Below, piece after piece: positions 30,087 to 40,464 of a DNA stretch of 64,000 bases. How positions within the stretch are numbered: position 1 is the stretch's first letter; each line of letters opens with the position of its first letter. The notes beneath the pieces are model-generated. The model ran no database searches. It was not told where the DNA came from and saw only the letters and a program-made list of their open reading frames with translations. Source of the stretch: Alkalispirochaeta sp. Its GTDB lineage: Bacteria; Spirochaetota; Spirochaetia; DSM-27196; Alkalispirochaetaceae. The stretch covers positions 1-64,000 of the forward strand of contig CBDESZ010000009.1 of NCBI GenBank assembly GCA_965242725.1, written 5' to 3'. Made by a program: the position numbers and the translations under genes.

Positions 30087-31259
30087 TCAATCCCATTGAA
30101 AGCGGGTCGGCCGCTCACTCAGGGTGATTTCGGCTTCCATTGTACGGCGCCCGCGGACAAACTCGACACTCACCGATTCTCCCGGACGGTTGTCTTCAAG
30201 AGCTTCGTAGAGGTTCGCGATCGACGAGACTTCCATACCGTCCACCGCCGTGATGATATCGCCCCCGAGATAAATTACCGTTCTCCCGTACCGGACGGCG
30301 GAGTCAGGATCACCGCCGCGTATACCCGCCTCCTGGGCGTTGCCCCCGGGTACGACTTCGCTCACCAGAAGCCCCTTTTCAACGGGCAATCGCGCATACT
30401 GTACCAGTTGGGGGAACAGCTGACGCGGCACGACATCAATCCAGCCGCGACGGACGACGCCGTATTCTATGAGGTCCGGGACGACCCTGCGCGCCGTATT
30501 GACGGGTACGGCAAATCCGATTCCTATGGAACCTCCGGTGGGAGAAAAGATCATAGTGTTGATTCCGATCATTTCTCCGCGGGAATTGAGGAGCGGACCG
30601 CCCGAATTGCCCGGGTTGATTGAGGCGTCGGTCTGTATCATGTCCCTGATCACCAGGTCGTTTCGTGCCTTCAGCGGTCGACCCAGGCCGCTGACGATAC
30701 CGGTCGTCAACGTCCGATCGAGACCAAAGGGGTTTCCGATTGCCAGGACCTTCTGGCCCACTTTCAGGGCGTCCGAATCTCCCATCGGTATCGGTTCCAG
30801 ATTCCTGTCTCCCGGATCAAACCGAATGACGGCGAGATCGTTTTCCGCGTCGGTCCCGATGACGCTGCCCTCAAGGCGCGTCCCGTCGGCGAGGGTCACA
30901 AAAACCCTGTTGGCGCTTTGTACGACGTGGTAATTTGTAAGCACATATCCCCGACTGTCTATAATCGATCCCGAACCTGAGCTGCCCTCCCGGGGGACCG
31001 GTTCCAGGAACCAGTTGTAGGCGACCGTTTCGGTATTGATGTTGACCACCGCCTGATTTCGCTCTTCATAGACGCGAATTGTCACATCTTCATCGTCCGA
31101 CACCGCCGCCGCCGAAAGGTCAACGGGGGCCGGTGTAAAGGACTCAGCGACGACACGTTCCGGTGGAGGCGGGGAGACCGATAGGCGTCCAGCGATCCAC
31201 CCGCCGAACGCTGTTACCAAGACAACGAGGATCAGAATAATTCTTCCGCGCCATTGCAT
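30087..31259 (-). CDS. HtrA/DegS family S1C serine protease with one PDZ domain
   Basis: N-terminal [32 protein letters not shown]. Confidence 0.93.
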   Translation of the reverse strand: MQWRGRIILILVVLVTAFGGWIAGRLSVSPPPPERVVAESFTPAPVDLSAAAVSDDEDVTIRVYEERNQAVVNINTETVAYNWFLEPVPREGSSGSGSIIDSRGYVLTNYHVVQSANRVFVTLADGTRLEGSVIGTDAENDLAVIRFDPGDRNLEPIPMGDSDALKVGQKVLAIGNPFGLDRTLTTGIVSGLGRPLKARNDLVIRDMIQTDASINPGNSGGPLLNSRGEMIGINTMIFSPTGGSIGIGFAVPVNTARRVVPDLIEYGVVRRGWIDVVPRQLFPQLVQYARLPVEKGLLVSEVVPGGNAQEAGIRGGDPDSAVRYGRTVIYLGGDIITAVDGMEVSSIANLYEALEDNRPGESVSVEFVRGRRTMEAEITLSERPTRFQWD

Positions 31260-31290
31260 ATCAGAGAAGAGTATACGGGCGTCAGAACGT

Positions 31291-32763
31291 CTATGCCAAC
31301 CGTTCCGGACCGGGAAGTCGCATGCCTACCGCTTCCTCGATATCCTGCACTTCCATTGATTTTCTCCCGTCCATATCCGCAATGGTGCGTGCGAGACCGC
31401 GAACTGCCATTGCGGCGCGATCGGAGAGACCGAGTTTCTGCATTTCCTCATTGAAATACCCGACAAGTCCGTCGGGAAGATGCAGCAGACGACCTGCCGT
31501 CGCCGGTGTGGCCCGGCCGTTCCTGTACCCCCCGCCGCCGCGGGACTGTTGTCGTTCGATCGCCTTTTCCACCTGCTGCCGCAGCGTGTCGTTGGTTATT
31601 GTTCCGGAGTCGCGCCGGGAATACCCGCTACGTACGCGAATATCGATCCGATCGAGGAGAGCCGCGCCGAGGCGTTTCCAGTAGCGCGCCACCTCGTGAA
31701 CACTGCACATGCACAATTCGCCGTCCTGACCGAGTTTTCCACAGGGACACAGATTGCTGGTCAGCGCGACGAGAAACCGTGAAGGATACTCTTCCGCCCG
31801 TCCGGCGCGACTCAGCGTGATTTTTCCCGCCTCAACCGGTTCCCGCAATGCCTGAATGACGTGAGGTCGAAATTCAGTCGCTTCGTCGAGGACGAGAACG
31901 CCCCGATGGGCAAGACTGACCTCGCCGGGAAGGTTCATTCTTCCACCTCCGAGGATTCCCTCAAGACTGGCGCTGTGGTGCGGCATACGAAGGGGCGGCC
32001 GGGCCCCCGGCGAAATACCTTCAATTCCACGCATCGAGTAAATACGTGCCACTTCCCGGGCGTCATGGGGCGAGAGGTCCGGCAGAAGGGACACAAGGCG
32101 CCGGGCAGCCATCGTCTTTCCGCTGCCCGGAGGACCCATATACAGAATATTGTGGGATCCCGCCGCCGCGATCGCAGAGGCCCATTTCATCGTCCCCTGC
32201 CCCTGCATGTCGTCGAAATTCACGCCGCGAATGCTACGGCGACTGTTCCGAGACGGAATGAACGAGGTCAAATCATTGTGCGCAAGTTGTCGCAGTTCCG
32301 TCAGCATTACGACGTCCTTCGGCCCGACCGAAATTCCGGTCAGGTGCTTCTGAACACGTGCGGAAACGACCGCCGGGCGTACGGCAAACTCCTGGGCGGT
32401 CAACACCGCCGACAACGTCCCCCGCACGGGGATGACCGCCCCACCGACGGAAAGCTCACCCGTTGCAAGAAGGGGTTCATTCATCCTGATTTGGCTGCTT
32501 CGAATGAGAATTGCGATTGCGATGGGAAGGTCGAAACCGGAACCTACCTTTGGAATTTCCGCCGGTGAGAGATTGATCAGTATTCTGTCCGCTGGATAGG
32601 AGAAGCCGGAGTTCTTTATCGCGACACGCACGCGTTCACGCGCTTCTTTCACTTCACTGCTGGGCAGCCCGACGATATCCGTTCCGGGAAGGCCGCGCCG
32701 TATGTCGACTTCAACACGGACAAGCCGTCCCACCACGCCGATCGGGGAGAATCCGTAAACCAT
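31291..32763 (-). CDS. comM: YifB/ComM Mg-chelatase-like AAA ATPase
   Basis: VKEARERVRVA, GSGFDLPIA, GPPGSGKTM, PHHSAS, PGEVSLAHRGVLVLDE, LLDRID. Confidence 0.9.
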   Translation of the reverse strand: MVYGFSPIGVVGRLVRVEVDIRRGLPGTDIVGLPSSEVKEARERVRVAIKNSGFSYPADRILINLSPAEIPKVGSGFDLPIAIAILIRSSQIRMNEPLLATGELSVGGAVIPVRGTLSAVLTAQEFAVRPAVVSARVQKHLTGISVGPKDVVMLTELRQLAHNDLTSFIPSRNSRRSIRGVNFDDMQGQGTMKWASAIAAAGSHNILYMGPPGSGKTMAARRLVSLLPDLSPHDAREVARIYSMRGIEGISPGARPPLRMPHHSASLEGILGGGRMNLPGEVSLAHRGVLVLDEATEFRPHVIQALREPVEAGKITLSRAGRAEEYPSRFLVALTSNLCPCGKLGQDGELCMCSVHEVARYWKRLGAALLDRIDIRVRSGYSRRDSGTITNDTLRQQVEKAIERQQSRGGGGYRNGRATPATAGRLLHLPDGLVGYFNEEMQKLGLSDRAAMAVRGLARTIADMDGRKSMEVQDIEEAVGMRLPGPERLA

Positions 32764-32827
32764 AGCGCCTCCACCCTCCCCAATGCCGTTTTATCGGCGC
32801 CGCTTGTGCAACAGGAGGCAGCCGCCG

Positions 32828-33274
32828 TTACGTCCTCCCCCGGGCAATCGTTTCCTGGACGAGCCGGTCACACGCTTCATTGTGCATATCGCCATTGTGA
32901 CCTTTCACCCACTGCCACGTCGGACCGACCGCAGCGTTCATTTCGTCCAGGGTCCTCCAGAGTTCGATGTTTTTTACCGGTTTTTTCGCCGTCGTCATCC
33001 ACCCGTTGGTTCGCCACTTCGTGATCCAGCTCGTGATGCCCTGCCGTACATATTGGCTGTCCGTTATGACGGTGATGGACTCGCCCCGATTCCGGACATA
33101 TGTCAATCCTTCAATGACCGCCGTCAGTTCCATGCGGTTGTTCGTCGTGTGGGCTGAAAAACCGGAACTCTCGGCAATCACCTCCCGGTCGTCGCCGACC
33201 AACCGCCACGCCCAAGCGCCGGGCCCCGGATTTCCGTGACATCCACCATCGGTATACAGAAAGAACTTACTCAT
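32828..33274 (-). CDS. rnhA: ribonuclease HI
   Basis: YTDGGCHGNPGPG, TTNNRMEL, TDSQYV, WVKGH, NEACD. Confidence 0.97.
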   Translation of the reverse strand: MSKFFLYTDGGCHGNPGPGAWAWRLVGDDREVIAESSGFSAHTTNNRMELTAVIEGLTYVRNRGESITVITDSQYVRQGITSWITKWRTNGWMTTAKKPVKNIELWRTLDEMNAAVGPTWQWVKGHNGDMHNEACDRLVQETIARGRT

Positions 33275-33297
33275 TTGCGATAAAACTCCATGAAAAT

Positions 33298-36200
33298 TTA
33301 TGTTGACGAAATGATTTCGTTCTTGCTCGTGAGTTCAAGAAGATCTTCAAAACTCCGGGCAAAGCCGACCATGAGGTACGCACCTGAAGCCGCACTCAAC
33401 GGCAAAAAAAGCCAGCTGGAAAGTGCGTTCAATCCTTTGGCGTGGCAGGAATTCTCGAAACCGCGAAACGCGGACAGGCGTTTCTTCAATAGTGCGACCC
33501 GACGAAAGGTGATGACGTTCTGGACAAGGTCACTATGCAGGGGAATCTCAAACGGCTCGGCGCATTGCGGAGGAAAACCGAGGGAAAAGGAGCCGACAAC
33601 GACGCCGTTCTTTCGCCGCTCCAGGATCACCGCCGATCGTGCATCCCACCGTCGCGTCAGACCGACAAGTTCCCGATAGACCTGTCGAACGCCGGCGTCT
33701 TCAGACGCATCGATATAGGGAAGCTCAAACCCGCCGGATGCAACGCGAAGGGGCAGTTCCGTCGACCCGGAAAATGAACGATGCTGCGGGGCGGTATCTG
33801 TTTCGAGAAACTCATCAAAAGCGGAATCATCAAAAGCGCCACCCATAATATCGTCGATGCTGCCGAATGTGCGATGGTGAATAATCTGCTCCGCCAGATT
33901 CTGAATCGGAACATTGGAACCTGGTGAATCATTGAAATACGCCGAGGCCTCAATCTGTACCAATCCGTTTCTCTCGTCGATAACCGTCCTTTTTTTCCCC
34001 GCAAACGTCACAAAATCATCCAGTTCAACGACCTGGTAGGAGATATTGTTTTCTAGTCCTCGAATGATGATGCTGTCGTTTTTCCTTGTCTCCCGACGAT
34101 CCGTCGCGTCGTCATCGGGAGAGGAAAGGTCTGCACCATTTCCCGGACCGCCCGTTTCCGCCGCCATTCCGCCTCCGAAAGACATGGATGAACTGAGAAA
34201 GAGTGCCGTCGAGGGCGGCAGTTCAATGGCCGCGACATCGGGGGAGTCCCGGTCGTCGTCTTCCGCCGGCTCAAGCTCATCAACCACGTCCGATCCTTCA
34301 ATGCCCTCGGAACCGTCTTCCGCCTCCGGAACCTCTCCATCTCGGTCGGATTCGTCCGTTGCGATAAAATACTCAGGATCACCGAGCTCTTCGAGCTCGT
34401 CCACTTCGACAACTTCACCAGGCTTGACGGATTCGACGTCAGCTATCTCCTCGAGATCGTCAACATGTTCAAACTCGACGGGTTCAAGATATGCTGCGTC
34501 CTCGAGCTCGTCGACTTCTTCGATCTCGTCCGGTTCGTCAACCTCCCCGACCTCTTCAACTTCCTCGACGTCGACGGGTTCGAGATCAGCTATCTCCTCC
34601 AGCTCGTCCACTTCGCCAGGCTCGACGGGTTCAAGATCTGCTGCGTCCTCGAGCTCGTCGACTTCTTCGATCTCGTCCGGTTCGTCGACCTCCCCGACCT
34701 CTTCAATCTCCTCGACTTCTTCAACTTCCTCAACGTCGACGGGTTCGAGATCGGCCACATCCTCCAGCTCGTCAACCTCCTCCACCTCGTTGACTTCCTC
34801 AACATCGACGGGTTCGAGATCAGCCGCCTCTTCAACCTCCTCGACCTCGTCGACTTCTTCAACGTCGACGGGTTCGAGGTCGGCCACATCCTCCAGCTCG
34901 TCAACCTCCTCCACCTCGTTGACTTCCTCAACATCGACGGGTTCGAAATCAGCCGCTTCTTCAACCTCCTCGACGTCAACAGGCTCAAGATCGGTAACGT
35001 CCTCCAGCTCGTTGACTTCCTCAACGTCGACGGGTTCGAGATCAGCCGCTTCTTCAACCTCCTCGACGTCGACGGGTTCAAGGTCGGCCACATCCTCCAG
35101 CTCGTCAACCTCCTCCACCTCGTTGACTTCCTCAACATCGACGGGTTCGAAATCAGCCGCTTCTTCAACCTCCTCGACGTCAACAGGCTCAAGATCGGTA
35201 ACGTCCTCCAGCTCGTTGACTTCCTCAACGTCGACGGGTTCGAGATCAGCCGCTTCTTCAACCTCCTCGACGTCGACGAGTTCAAGGTCGGCCACATCCT
35301 CCAGCTCGTCAACCTCCTCCACCTCGTTGACTTCCTCAACATCGACGGGTTCGAGGTCGGCCACATCCTCCAGCTCCTCAACCTCTTCGCTCTCGTCGAC
35401 TTCCTCAACGTCGACGGGTTCAAGATCAGCCGCTTCTTCAACCTCCTCGACGTCAACAGGCTCAAGATCGGTAACGTTCTCCAGCTCGTTGACTTCCTCA
35501 ACGTCGACGGGTTCGAGGTCGGCCACATCCTCCAGCTCGTCAACCTCTTCGCTCTCGTCGACTTCCTCAACGTCGACCGGTTCGAGGTCGGCGACGTCCT
35601 CCAACTCGTCAACCTCCTCGACCTCGTCGACTTCTTCAACGTCGACGGGTTCGAGGTCGGCAACCTCCTCCGCCTCGTCCAGGTCTTCCACATCGGATGT
35701 GTCGGGCGTAGCTGCGGCGGCGTTCGGGGCCGGCAGATTCTGCGCTGTCCGGGGGGCCGGCGGTACACTGCTTCCGGCAGATGAGCCGCTTATTCCGTGG
35801 CCACCGTATCGAGCCAGGGTGCGCTCGATGATCGCCTCTATCTGCTGAAGACTTACCGGCTCAAGCTCGGTGCGGGATGCCGTTCGCTCTCCCATGAGAC
35901 GGTACAACTCGTCCCAATTGCGTTGCATGTGCTCTTCCAGCCTCTCCCGCTTGTCCGTCTTCAGCCGGCCAAGGCCGCGCTGCATTTTTTCTTCTATTTT
36001 TGTTTTTCTGCTATCCAGCTCCCGTTGCCATACCTCGGGAGATATCGCACGGCCTTCCCGTATGTAATCCTTGACGATCGTTTGCTGGAACCGGCGAAAT
36101 CGTTCAGCGATGACCACCTCAGGATCCTGTCGAATGTTGAGCACCAGGTAGGCTACAAGGAATGCGATGAAGAAAACGACGACAAACAGAATTCGACGAA

Positions 36201-37050
36201 GGGGTTCAGCCATGCTGAGATCTGATTCGTGAATGAGAAAAACTGCCGACGGGAGACCGTCCGCCGCGGGAAGGTGTTCTATCGCATATCGAACACCGGT
36301 GTCGCTCTCCAGGAGCCCGCTTTGGTGCCCGGTGATATGTTCGTCCAATAATGCGAGTTGGGCGTCCTCGAAATCACGCGGAGCGTTATATACAAGTGTT
36401 CCGCCCTCGGTAAGGCGCAGGCGGGCGGAGGGACCAAGTATTCCCGCCGAGACCAGCTGGGTGAAGAGGCCGTTCAGGTTGGCCCATGTGACGACGAGCC
36501 CCTGGGGAATACCGAAGGAGTCGATTATCGGTGCGATCACCTGGATGCCGCCGCGTTCGGGAATCCATCGAACACCGCGGTCTTCCGCGGGTGGCGGCAA
36601 TGAGAGCGGTGGAGAGAGCTCGGATACGGGTTTGTATTCGACACGAAAATCCGAGCTGCGGAGCAAGTCTTCTTCGAGTGTGCTGAACCAGAGGTTCCCC
36701 CGGTTTGAGTCGACAATGCGCAGGTAGCTGAGTTCCGGATAGTTCTGAAACAGGACACCGACAGCTCGTTGCTGAGCCTCCGTATCCTGACGGCTCTGAT
36801 TCGTAAAAAATACGTTTTTTACCGCCGGAACTTCCGCGAATGCGGCGACCGAACGCTCAAGTTTTTTCTGGTACTCCCCGGTTTCCCGGCGCGCCTCTTC
36901 AAGTATCAACCCCGTCATCTCTCGCACGCGTTCGTTATAAAAACGCTGGTCGATGACCTGGAAGAGTCCGGAGTACCCGGCTACGGCAAAGGCGGTAAAT
37001 ATAATCGTCGCGATCAGCAGGCTGACCAATACTTTTTGTACTAACTTCAT
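33298..37050 (-). CDS. large membrane protein with a cytoplasmic acidic repeat tract (function unknown)
   Basis: TM1, ~250-aa extracytoplasmic domain, TM2, helical region, D/E repeat tract, globular C-terminus; 1250 aa open frame. Confidence 0.8.
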   Translation of the reverse strand: MKLVQKVLVSLLIATIIFTAFAVAGYSGLFQVIDQRFYNERVREMTGLILEEARRETGEYQKKLERSVAAFAEVPAVKNVFFTNQSRQDTEAQQRAVGVLFQNYPELSYLRIVDSNRGNLWFSTLEEDLLRSSDFRVEYKPVSELSPPLSLPPPAEDRGVRWIPERGGIQVIAPIIDSFGIPQGLVVTWANLNGLFTQLVSAGILGPSARLRLTEGGTLVYNAPRDFEDAQLALLDEHITGHQSGLLESDTGVRYAIEHLPAADGLPSAVFLIHESDLSMAEPLRRILFVVVFFIAFLVAYLVLNIRQDPEVVIAERFRRFQQTIVKDYIREGRAISPEVWQRELDSRKTKIEEKMQRGLGRLKTDKRERLEEHMQRNWDELYRLMGERTASRTELEPVSLQQIEAIIERTLARYGGHGISGSSAGSSVPPAPRTAQNLPAPNAAAATPDTSDVEDLDEAEEVADLEPVDVEEVDEVEEVDELEDVADLEPVDVEEVDESEEVDELEDVADLEPVDVEEVNELENVTDLEPVDVEEVEEAADLEPVDVEEVDESEEVEELEDVADLEPVDVEEVNEVEEVDELEDVADLELVDVEEVEEAADLEPVDVEEVNELEDVTDLEPVDVEEVEEAADFEPVDVEEVNEVEEVDELEDVADLEPVDVEEVEEAADLEPVDVEEVNELEDVTDLEPVDVEEVEEAADFEPVDVEEVNEVEEVDELEDVADLEPVDVEEVDEVEEVEEAADLEPVDVEEVNEVEEVDELEDVADLEPVDVEEVEEVEEIEEVGEVDEPDEIEEVDELEDAADLEPVEPGEVDELEEIADLEPVDVEEVEEVGEVDEPDEIEEVDELEDAAYLEPVEFEHVDDLEEIADVESVKPGEVVEVDELEELGDPEYFIATDESDRDGEVPEAEDGSEGIEGSDVVDELEPAEDDDRDSPDVAAIELPPSTALFLSSSMSFGGGMAAETGGPGNGADLSSPDDDATDRRETRKNDSIIIRGLENNISYQVVELDDFVTFAGKKRTVIDERNGLVQIEASAYFNDSPGSNVPIQNLAEQIIHHRTFGSIDDIMGGAFDDSAFDEFLETDTAPQHRSFSGSTELPLRVASGGFELPYIDASEDAGVRQVYRELVGLTRRWDARSAVILERRKNGVVVGSFSLGFPPQCAEPFEIPLHSDLVQNVITFRRVALLKKRLSAFRGFENSCHAKGLNALSSWLFLPLSAASGAYLMVGFARSFEDLLELTSKNEIISST
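34380..35690 (-). repeat. coding tandem repeat, core DLEPVDVEEV (~18 copies) with variable linkers
   Basis: Recurrent nucleotide unit AACGTCGACGGGTTCGAG; 204-bp higher-order units start at 34880, 35084 and (partial) 35288. Confidence 0.95.
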
Positions 37051-37101
37051 GACGACAACGTGTATCCGGACAGGATCTTCCCTTTCATAACATCCGCGGA
37101 T

Positions 37102-37530
37102 CTACGATCCTTCACCCCACACGGTGACGGCGATGCGGCGGGTACCGCCTCGGTTTCGGAATTCGCAGAAATAGATACCCTGCCACGTCCCGAGAACAAA
37201 ACGACCATCCCGCAGGGGGAGCAGAACACTGGACCCGACAAGGGAGCTTTTCACGTGAGCGGGCATGTCGTCGGGACCTTCCAATGTATGAACGTAGCGC
37301 GGATCTCCCTCGGGAACCATCGAATTCATGATTGTAGAAAAATCTGCCCGTACATCGGGATCGGCATTCTCGTTCAGGGTGATTCCTGCACTCGTATGGA
37401 GGACCATAATGTGTGCCATCCCCGTCCTGTAGTCACTCAGCTCCGGAACGGACCGGGCGATTTCATCGGTTATGAGGTGGAATCCCCGGGGACGAGGCGA
37501 CAGTTGTATGATCTCTTGTGTCCACTTCAT
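37102..37530 (-). CDS. yjbQ: YjbQ (UPF0047) family protein
   Basis: HTSAGITLNENADPDV, EGPDDMPAHVKSSL, LGTWQGIYFCE. Confidence 0.92.
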   Translation of the reverse strand: MKWTQEIIQLSPRPRGFHLITDEIARSVPELSDYRTGMAHIMVLHTSAGITLNENADPDVRADFSTIMNSMVPEGDPRYVHTLEGPDDMPAHVKSSLVGSSVLLPLRDGRFVLGTWQGIYFCEFRNRGGTRRIAVTVWGEGS

Positions 37531-38057
37531 TGATTGCGACCGTCCCGGAGGGTTTCGACAATGGTGTCGACAATTTCCTCCGGCGTATACCTTGTTGTAT
37601 CGACGATGAGATCGGCAAATTGATAGGACTCGACGTCGATATTGTAGAGTCGCAGATAGCGGGCGCGATCGCGGCGATCCCGTTCTTCCGTCGCTGCATG
37701 TACGGTCTCCAGATCACCCCCTTCCCGCTGCTGGATACGTGCGGCACGTATCTCCGGAGGTGCAGTGAGATAGACCTTGAGATCGGCCTCTTCGAGCAGC
37801 CAGATCGCCAGCCTGGACCCGAGAACGCAACTCTCCAAGCGCGCCCGTCGGACCTGTTCGGCATCCAGATATCGGTCCCAGCGATCGTCCGTTTCCGCGC
37901 GACGACACATTTCATCAAATGTTATGCCCTGCTCGTCGGCCATTGTGTGGAAGGTATAGTTGATCAGGGCTATATCGAGACGTCGCGCCACCAATCTGCT
38001 GACCGTCGTATTTCCACATCCGCTCTTTCCGGAAATTGCGATCCGGACTTCTTTCAT
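37527..38057 (-). CDS. cmk: cytidylate kinase (archaeal/spirochaete AAA type)
   Basis: IAISGKSGCGNTT, GSRLAIWLL, ERDRRDRARYLRLYNID. Confidence 0.85.
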   Translation of the reverse strand: MKEVRIAISGKSGCGNTTVSRLVARRLDIALINYTFHTMADEQGITFDEMCRRAETDDRWDRYLDAEQVRRARLESCVLGSRLAIWLLEEADLKVYLTAPPEIRAARIQQREGGDLETVHAATEERDRRDRARYLRLYNIDVESYQFADLIVDTTRYTPEEIVDTIVETLRDGRNQ

Positions 38058-38070
38058 AATCCCGCTTCTC

Positions 38071-38940
38071 CTACTCTATGTTTCTTACCTGCTCGCGAAT
38101 CGATTCTACGGCGTCTTTCGCCTCAACGACCGCCGATTGTACTTCCGCAAATATCGTCTTGCTACCCGTGGTATTCACTTCCCTGTTGATTTCCTGGCAG
38201 ATGAAGTCGAGCCGCTTCCCGACGCTTCCGCCGTTTCCAAGCAGCCCTTTCATGCCGTCCACGTGGCTCCGAAGACGTGCCATCTCTTCATTTGTACCAT
38301 GTTTCAGCGCCAGTGATGCCGCTTCCGCCAGAACACGCTGTTCTTCCACGTCGTTTCCCAGAACATCACGGAACTTCTCCCTCACTGCATTGACGACGAC
38401 CGCCTCCGTTTCCGCCGCTTTTTCCTGAAAGACCTTCACCGCCCGTTCTATGCGACTGAGGTGGCGCTGTATATCCTCGGCGGTCGCCGCCCCTTCGGCC
38501 AGTCGCGTATCATCCCACTGACGAAGTGCTTCTACGAGGAGAGGAAAGAGAACATCCCGATAGGCATCGAGGTCCCGTTTTCGTTCAACCTGTACCACAC
38601 CCTCAAAGGCGAGAATATCCTCAATTCGCGGCGGACCCTGAATCCCCCCCGATTCAGCGATCCTGTCCAGGGCGTGACGCGCCGCCGCGACCGCACCCTG
38701 ATCCACATGGATGACGGGTGTGTTTGTAAACTCCCGTATTCGAATTGAAATTTCAACCTTACCCCGTGAAGCGCGGTCCTGGACGATGCCGCGAATTTCG
38801 GGCTCCAGGGGCGAGAGGAAACTCGGCAGGGACGGATAAATTTCGAGGTACCTGTTGTTGAAACTGCGTATTTCTATGGCGATTCCCCGATCGTCGTCGT
38901 TTTTCTCGAGGAAAGCGTATCCCGTCATGCTCCTGATCAT
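38071..38940 (-). CDS. yicC: YicC/YloC family endoribonuclease
   Basis: MIRSMTGY, EIRSFNNRYLE, EEMARLRSH, GKRLDFICQEINREVNTTGSK, REQVRNIE. Confidence 0.93.
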   Translation of the reverse strand: MIRSMTGYAFLEKNDDDRGIAIEIRSFNNRYLEIYPSLPSFLSPLEPEIRGIVQDRASRGKVEISIRIREFTNTPVIHVDQGAVAAARHALDRIAESGGIQGPPRIEDILAFEGVVQVERKRDLDAYRDVLFPLLVEALRQWDDTRLAEGAATAEDIQRHLSRIERAVKVFQEKAAETEAVVVNAVREKFRDVLGNDVEEQRVLAEAASLALKHGTNEEMARLRSHVDGMKGLLGNGGSVGKRLDFICQEINREVNTTGSKTIFAEVQSAVVEAKDAVESIREQVRNIE

Positions 38941-40400
38941 TCGTCGGCTCCCCGTCCGGACAGTATCTCGGCAACCATTGTACCGATGCGAAAATTATCG
39001 CCCGCTCCCATCGTGACAAATATGTCCCCCCGACGAAGTTCCTTTCCGATCTCCTCGGCCGCCTCGGTAAACGACGGGATATACCGCACATCGCCGTGGT
39101 GATCTGCCACCGCACGGGCAAGGCTTTCGCCGGTGATACCGCCGTGGTTGTGTTCCCGGGCAGACGCATAAATGTCGTTCAGGAAAACCACATCGGCGCT
39201 TCCAAAAGCCCGGGCAAACCGGTCGAGAAGCGCCGCCGTTCTCGAGTAGGTGTGGGACATGAAATCGACGATGATCCGTCGGTCGGGCCAGAATTCCCTG
39301 AATCCCCGAAGGGTAGTGTCAATTGCGGTCGGGTGATGGGCATAGTCGTCAAGGATGAGTACCCCCGCAGTGTCTGCCACAATTTCACTCCTGCGGCGGG
39401 TTCCCGAGAAATCGGCGAGGGCTTCCCGCCATCGCGTCACCGCGGTATCGTCGCGTGTCGGTTCCAATACATGTAACGCCGTGATCGCCGCGGCTGCATC
39501 CAGGACCATATGGCGACCGGGTACCCCGATTTCCCAGCGGATCCCTTCATCGCGGTGAAGGGCACGGTCCAGGCCGGCCATGCGAAAGATCTGCTTTCCC
39601 GGCACGACCCGATAGTCCGATATCTCACCTTCTCCGGCGGCGGTAAAGCCGTAGGGGATGAACCGAATGTCACGCCGCTCTTTTCCCGCCCGTTCGGCAA
39701 CGATCGAGGCCCCTTCGTCGTCCGCACAATAGACGACGGCTCCCCCCGTCGGGAGGCGCAGCGTCAGCTCGGTGAAGGCATCCATGACGTCCGCGGCATC
39801 ACGAAAATAATCGAGGTGATCCGCTTCCACACTGGTGATGACGACGACATCCGGATGAAAATGGAGAAAGTGGCGGCGGTATTCACACGTCTCGGCGATA
39901 AAAAGCTCTTCGCCGTGAATGAGCGTTGCCGTACCCCCGAATCCGGAGACGGCACTTCCCACGACGACCGTCGCCGGGAGTTCCCACCGGTCCACCATCA
40001 TACCGATCATGGCGGTCGTCGTCGTCTTTCCGTGGACACCACTGATCGCGAGGGATCGGACATCCCTGGAGAGGATTCCCAGGAGCTCATTGTAGCTGTA
40101 TTGCGGTATTCCCCGTCGGAGTGCCTCGGCCCGCTCCGGGTTGTCCTCGTCGTATGCCGCTGAATAGACGAGAAGTTCAACGTCCATGCCGACGTGATCC
40201 GCAGAAAACCCGACAAATGGAGAAATCCCGAGTTTCCGGAGAATTGTATCGGTATAAAACGTGTCGGCCACGTCACTTCCGGTTATCGCGGCTCCCCGAT
40301 GGTGGAGTACTTCCGCGAGAGCGGCCATACCGGTTCCCTTGATCCCCGTCATATGGACGCGGAGTCCCTGGAAGTGCGTATCCCTGGCTCCTCTCTGCAT
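38937..40400 (-). CDS. murC: UDP-N-acetylmuramate--L-alanine ligase
   Basis: GIKGTGMAALA, GVHGKTTTT, EADHLDYF, DDYAHHPT, TMGAGD; start reassigned to ATG 40400. Confidence 0.95.
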   Translation of the reverse strand: MQRGARDTHFQGLRVHMTGIKGTGMAALAEVLHHRGAAITGSDVADTFYTDTILRKLGISPFVGFSADHVGMDVELLVYSAAYDEDNPERAEALRRGIPQYSYNELLGILSRDVRSLAISGVHGKTTTTAMIGMMVDRWELPATVVVGSAVSGFGGTATLIHGEELFIAETCEYRRHFLHFHPDVVVITSVEADHLDYFRDAADVMDAFTELTLRLPTGGAVVYCADDEGASIVAERAGKERRDIRFIPYGFTAAGEGEISDYRVVPGKQIFRMAGLDRALHRDEGIRWEIGVPGRHMVLDAAAAITALHVLEPTRDDTAVTRWREALADFSGTRRRSEIVADTAGVLILDDYAHHPTAIDTTLRGFREFWPDRRIIVDFMSHTYSRTAALLDRFARAFGSADVVFLNDIYASAREHNHGGITGESLARAVADHHGDVRYIPSFTEAAEEIGKELRRGDIFVTMGAGDNFRIGTMVAEILSGRGADE

Positions 40401-40464
40401 AGGGGCAGTGTAGCTTCTTTCCCGCCGACGGTCCACCGAGACGGACCGTCCAGACAGTTGCGTC

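Noticed and set aside
34380..35690. Repeat array as a possible CRISPR
   Set aside because: The intervening segments are themselves repeated, all lengths are multiples of 3 within an ORF, and there are no cas genes
34046..35848. Long alternative-frame ORFs (600-aa Ser/Thr-rich, 439 aa, 392 aa) over the acidic repeat
   Set aside because: Expected shadows of a low-complexity GAR/GAY/GTY repeat that lacks stops in other frames; no SD or independent domain
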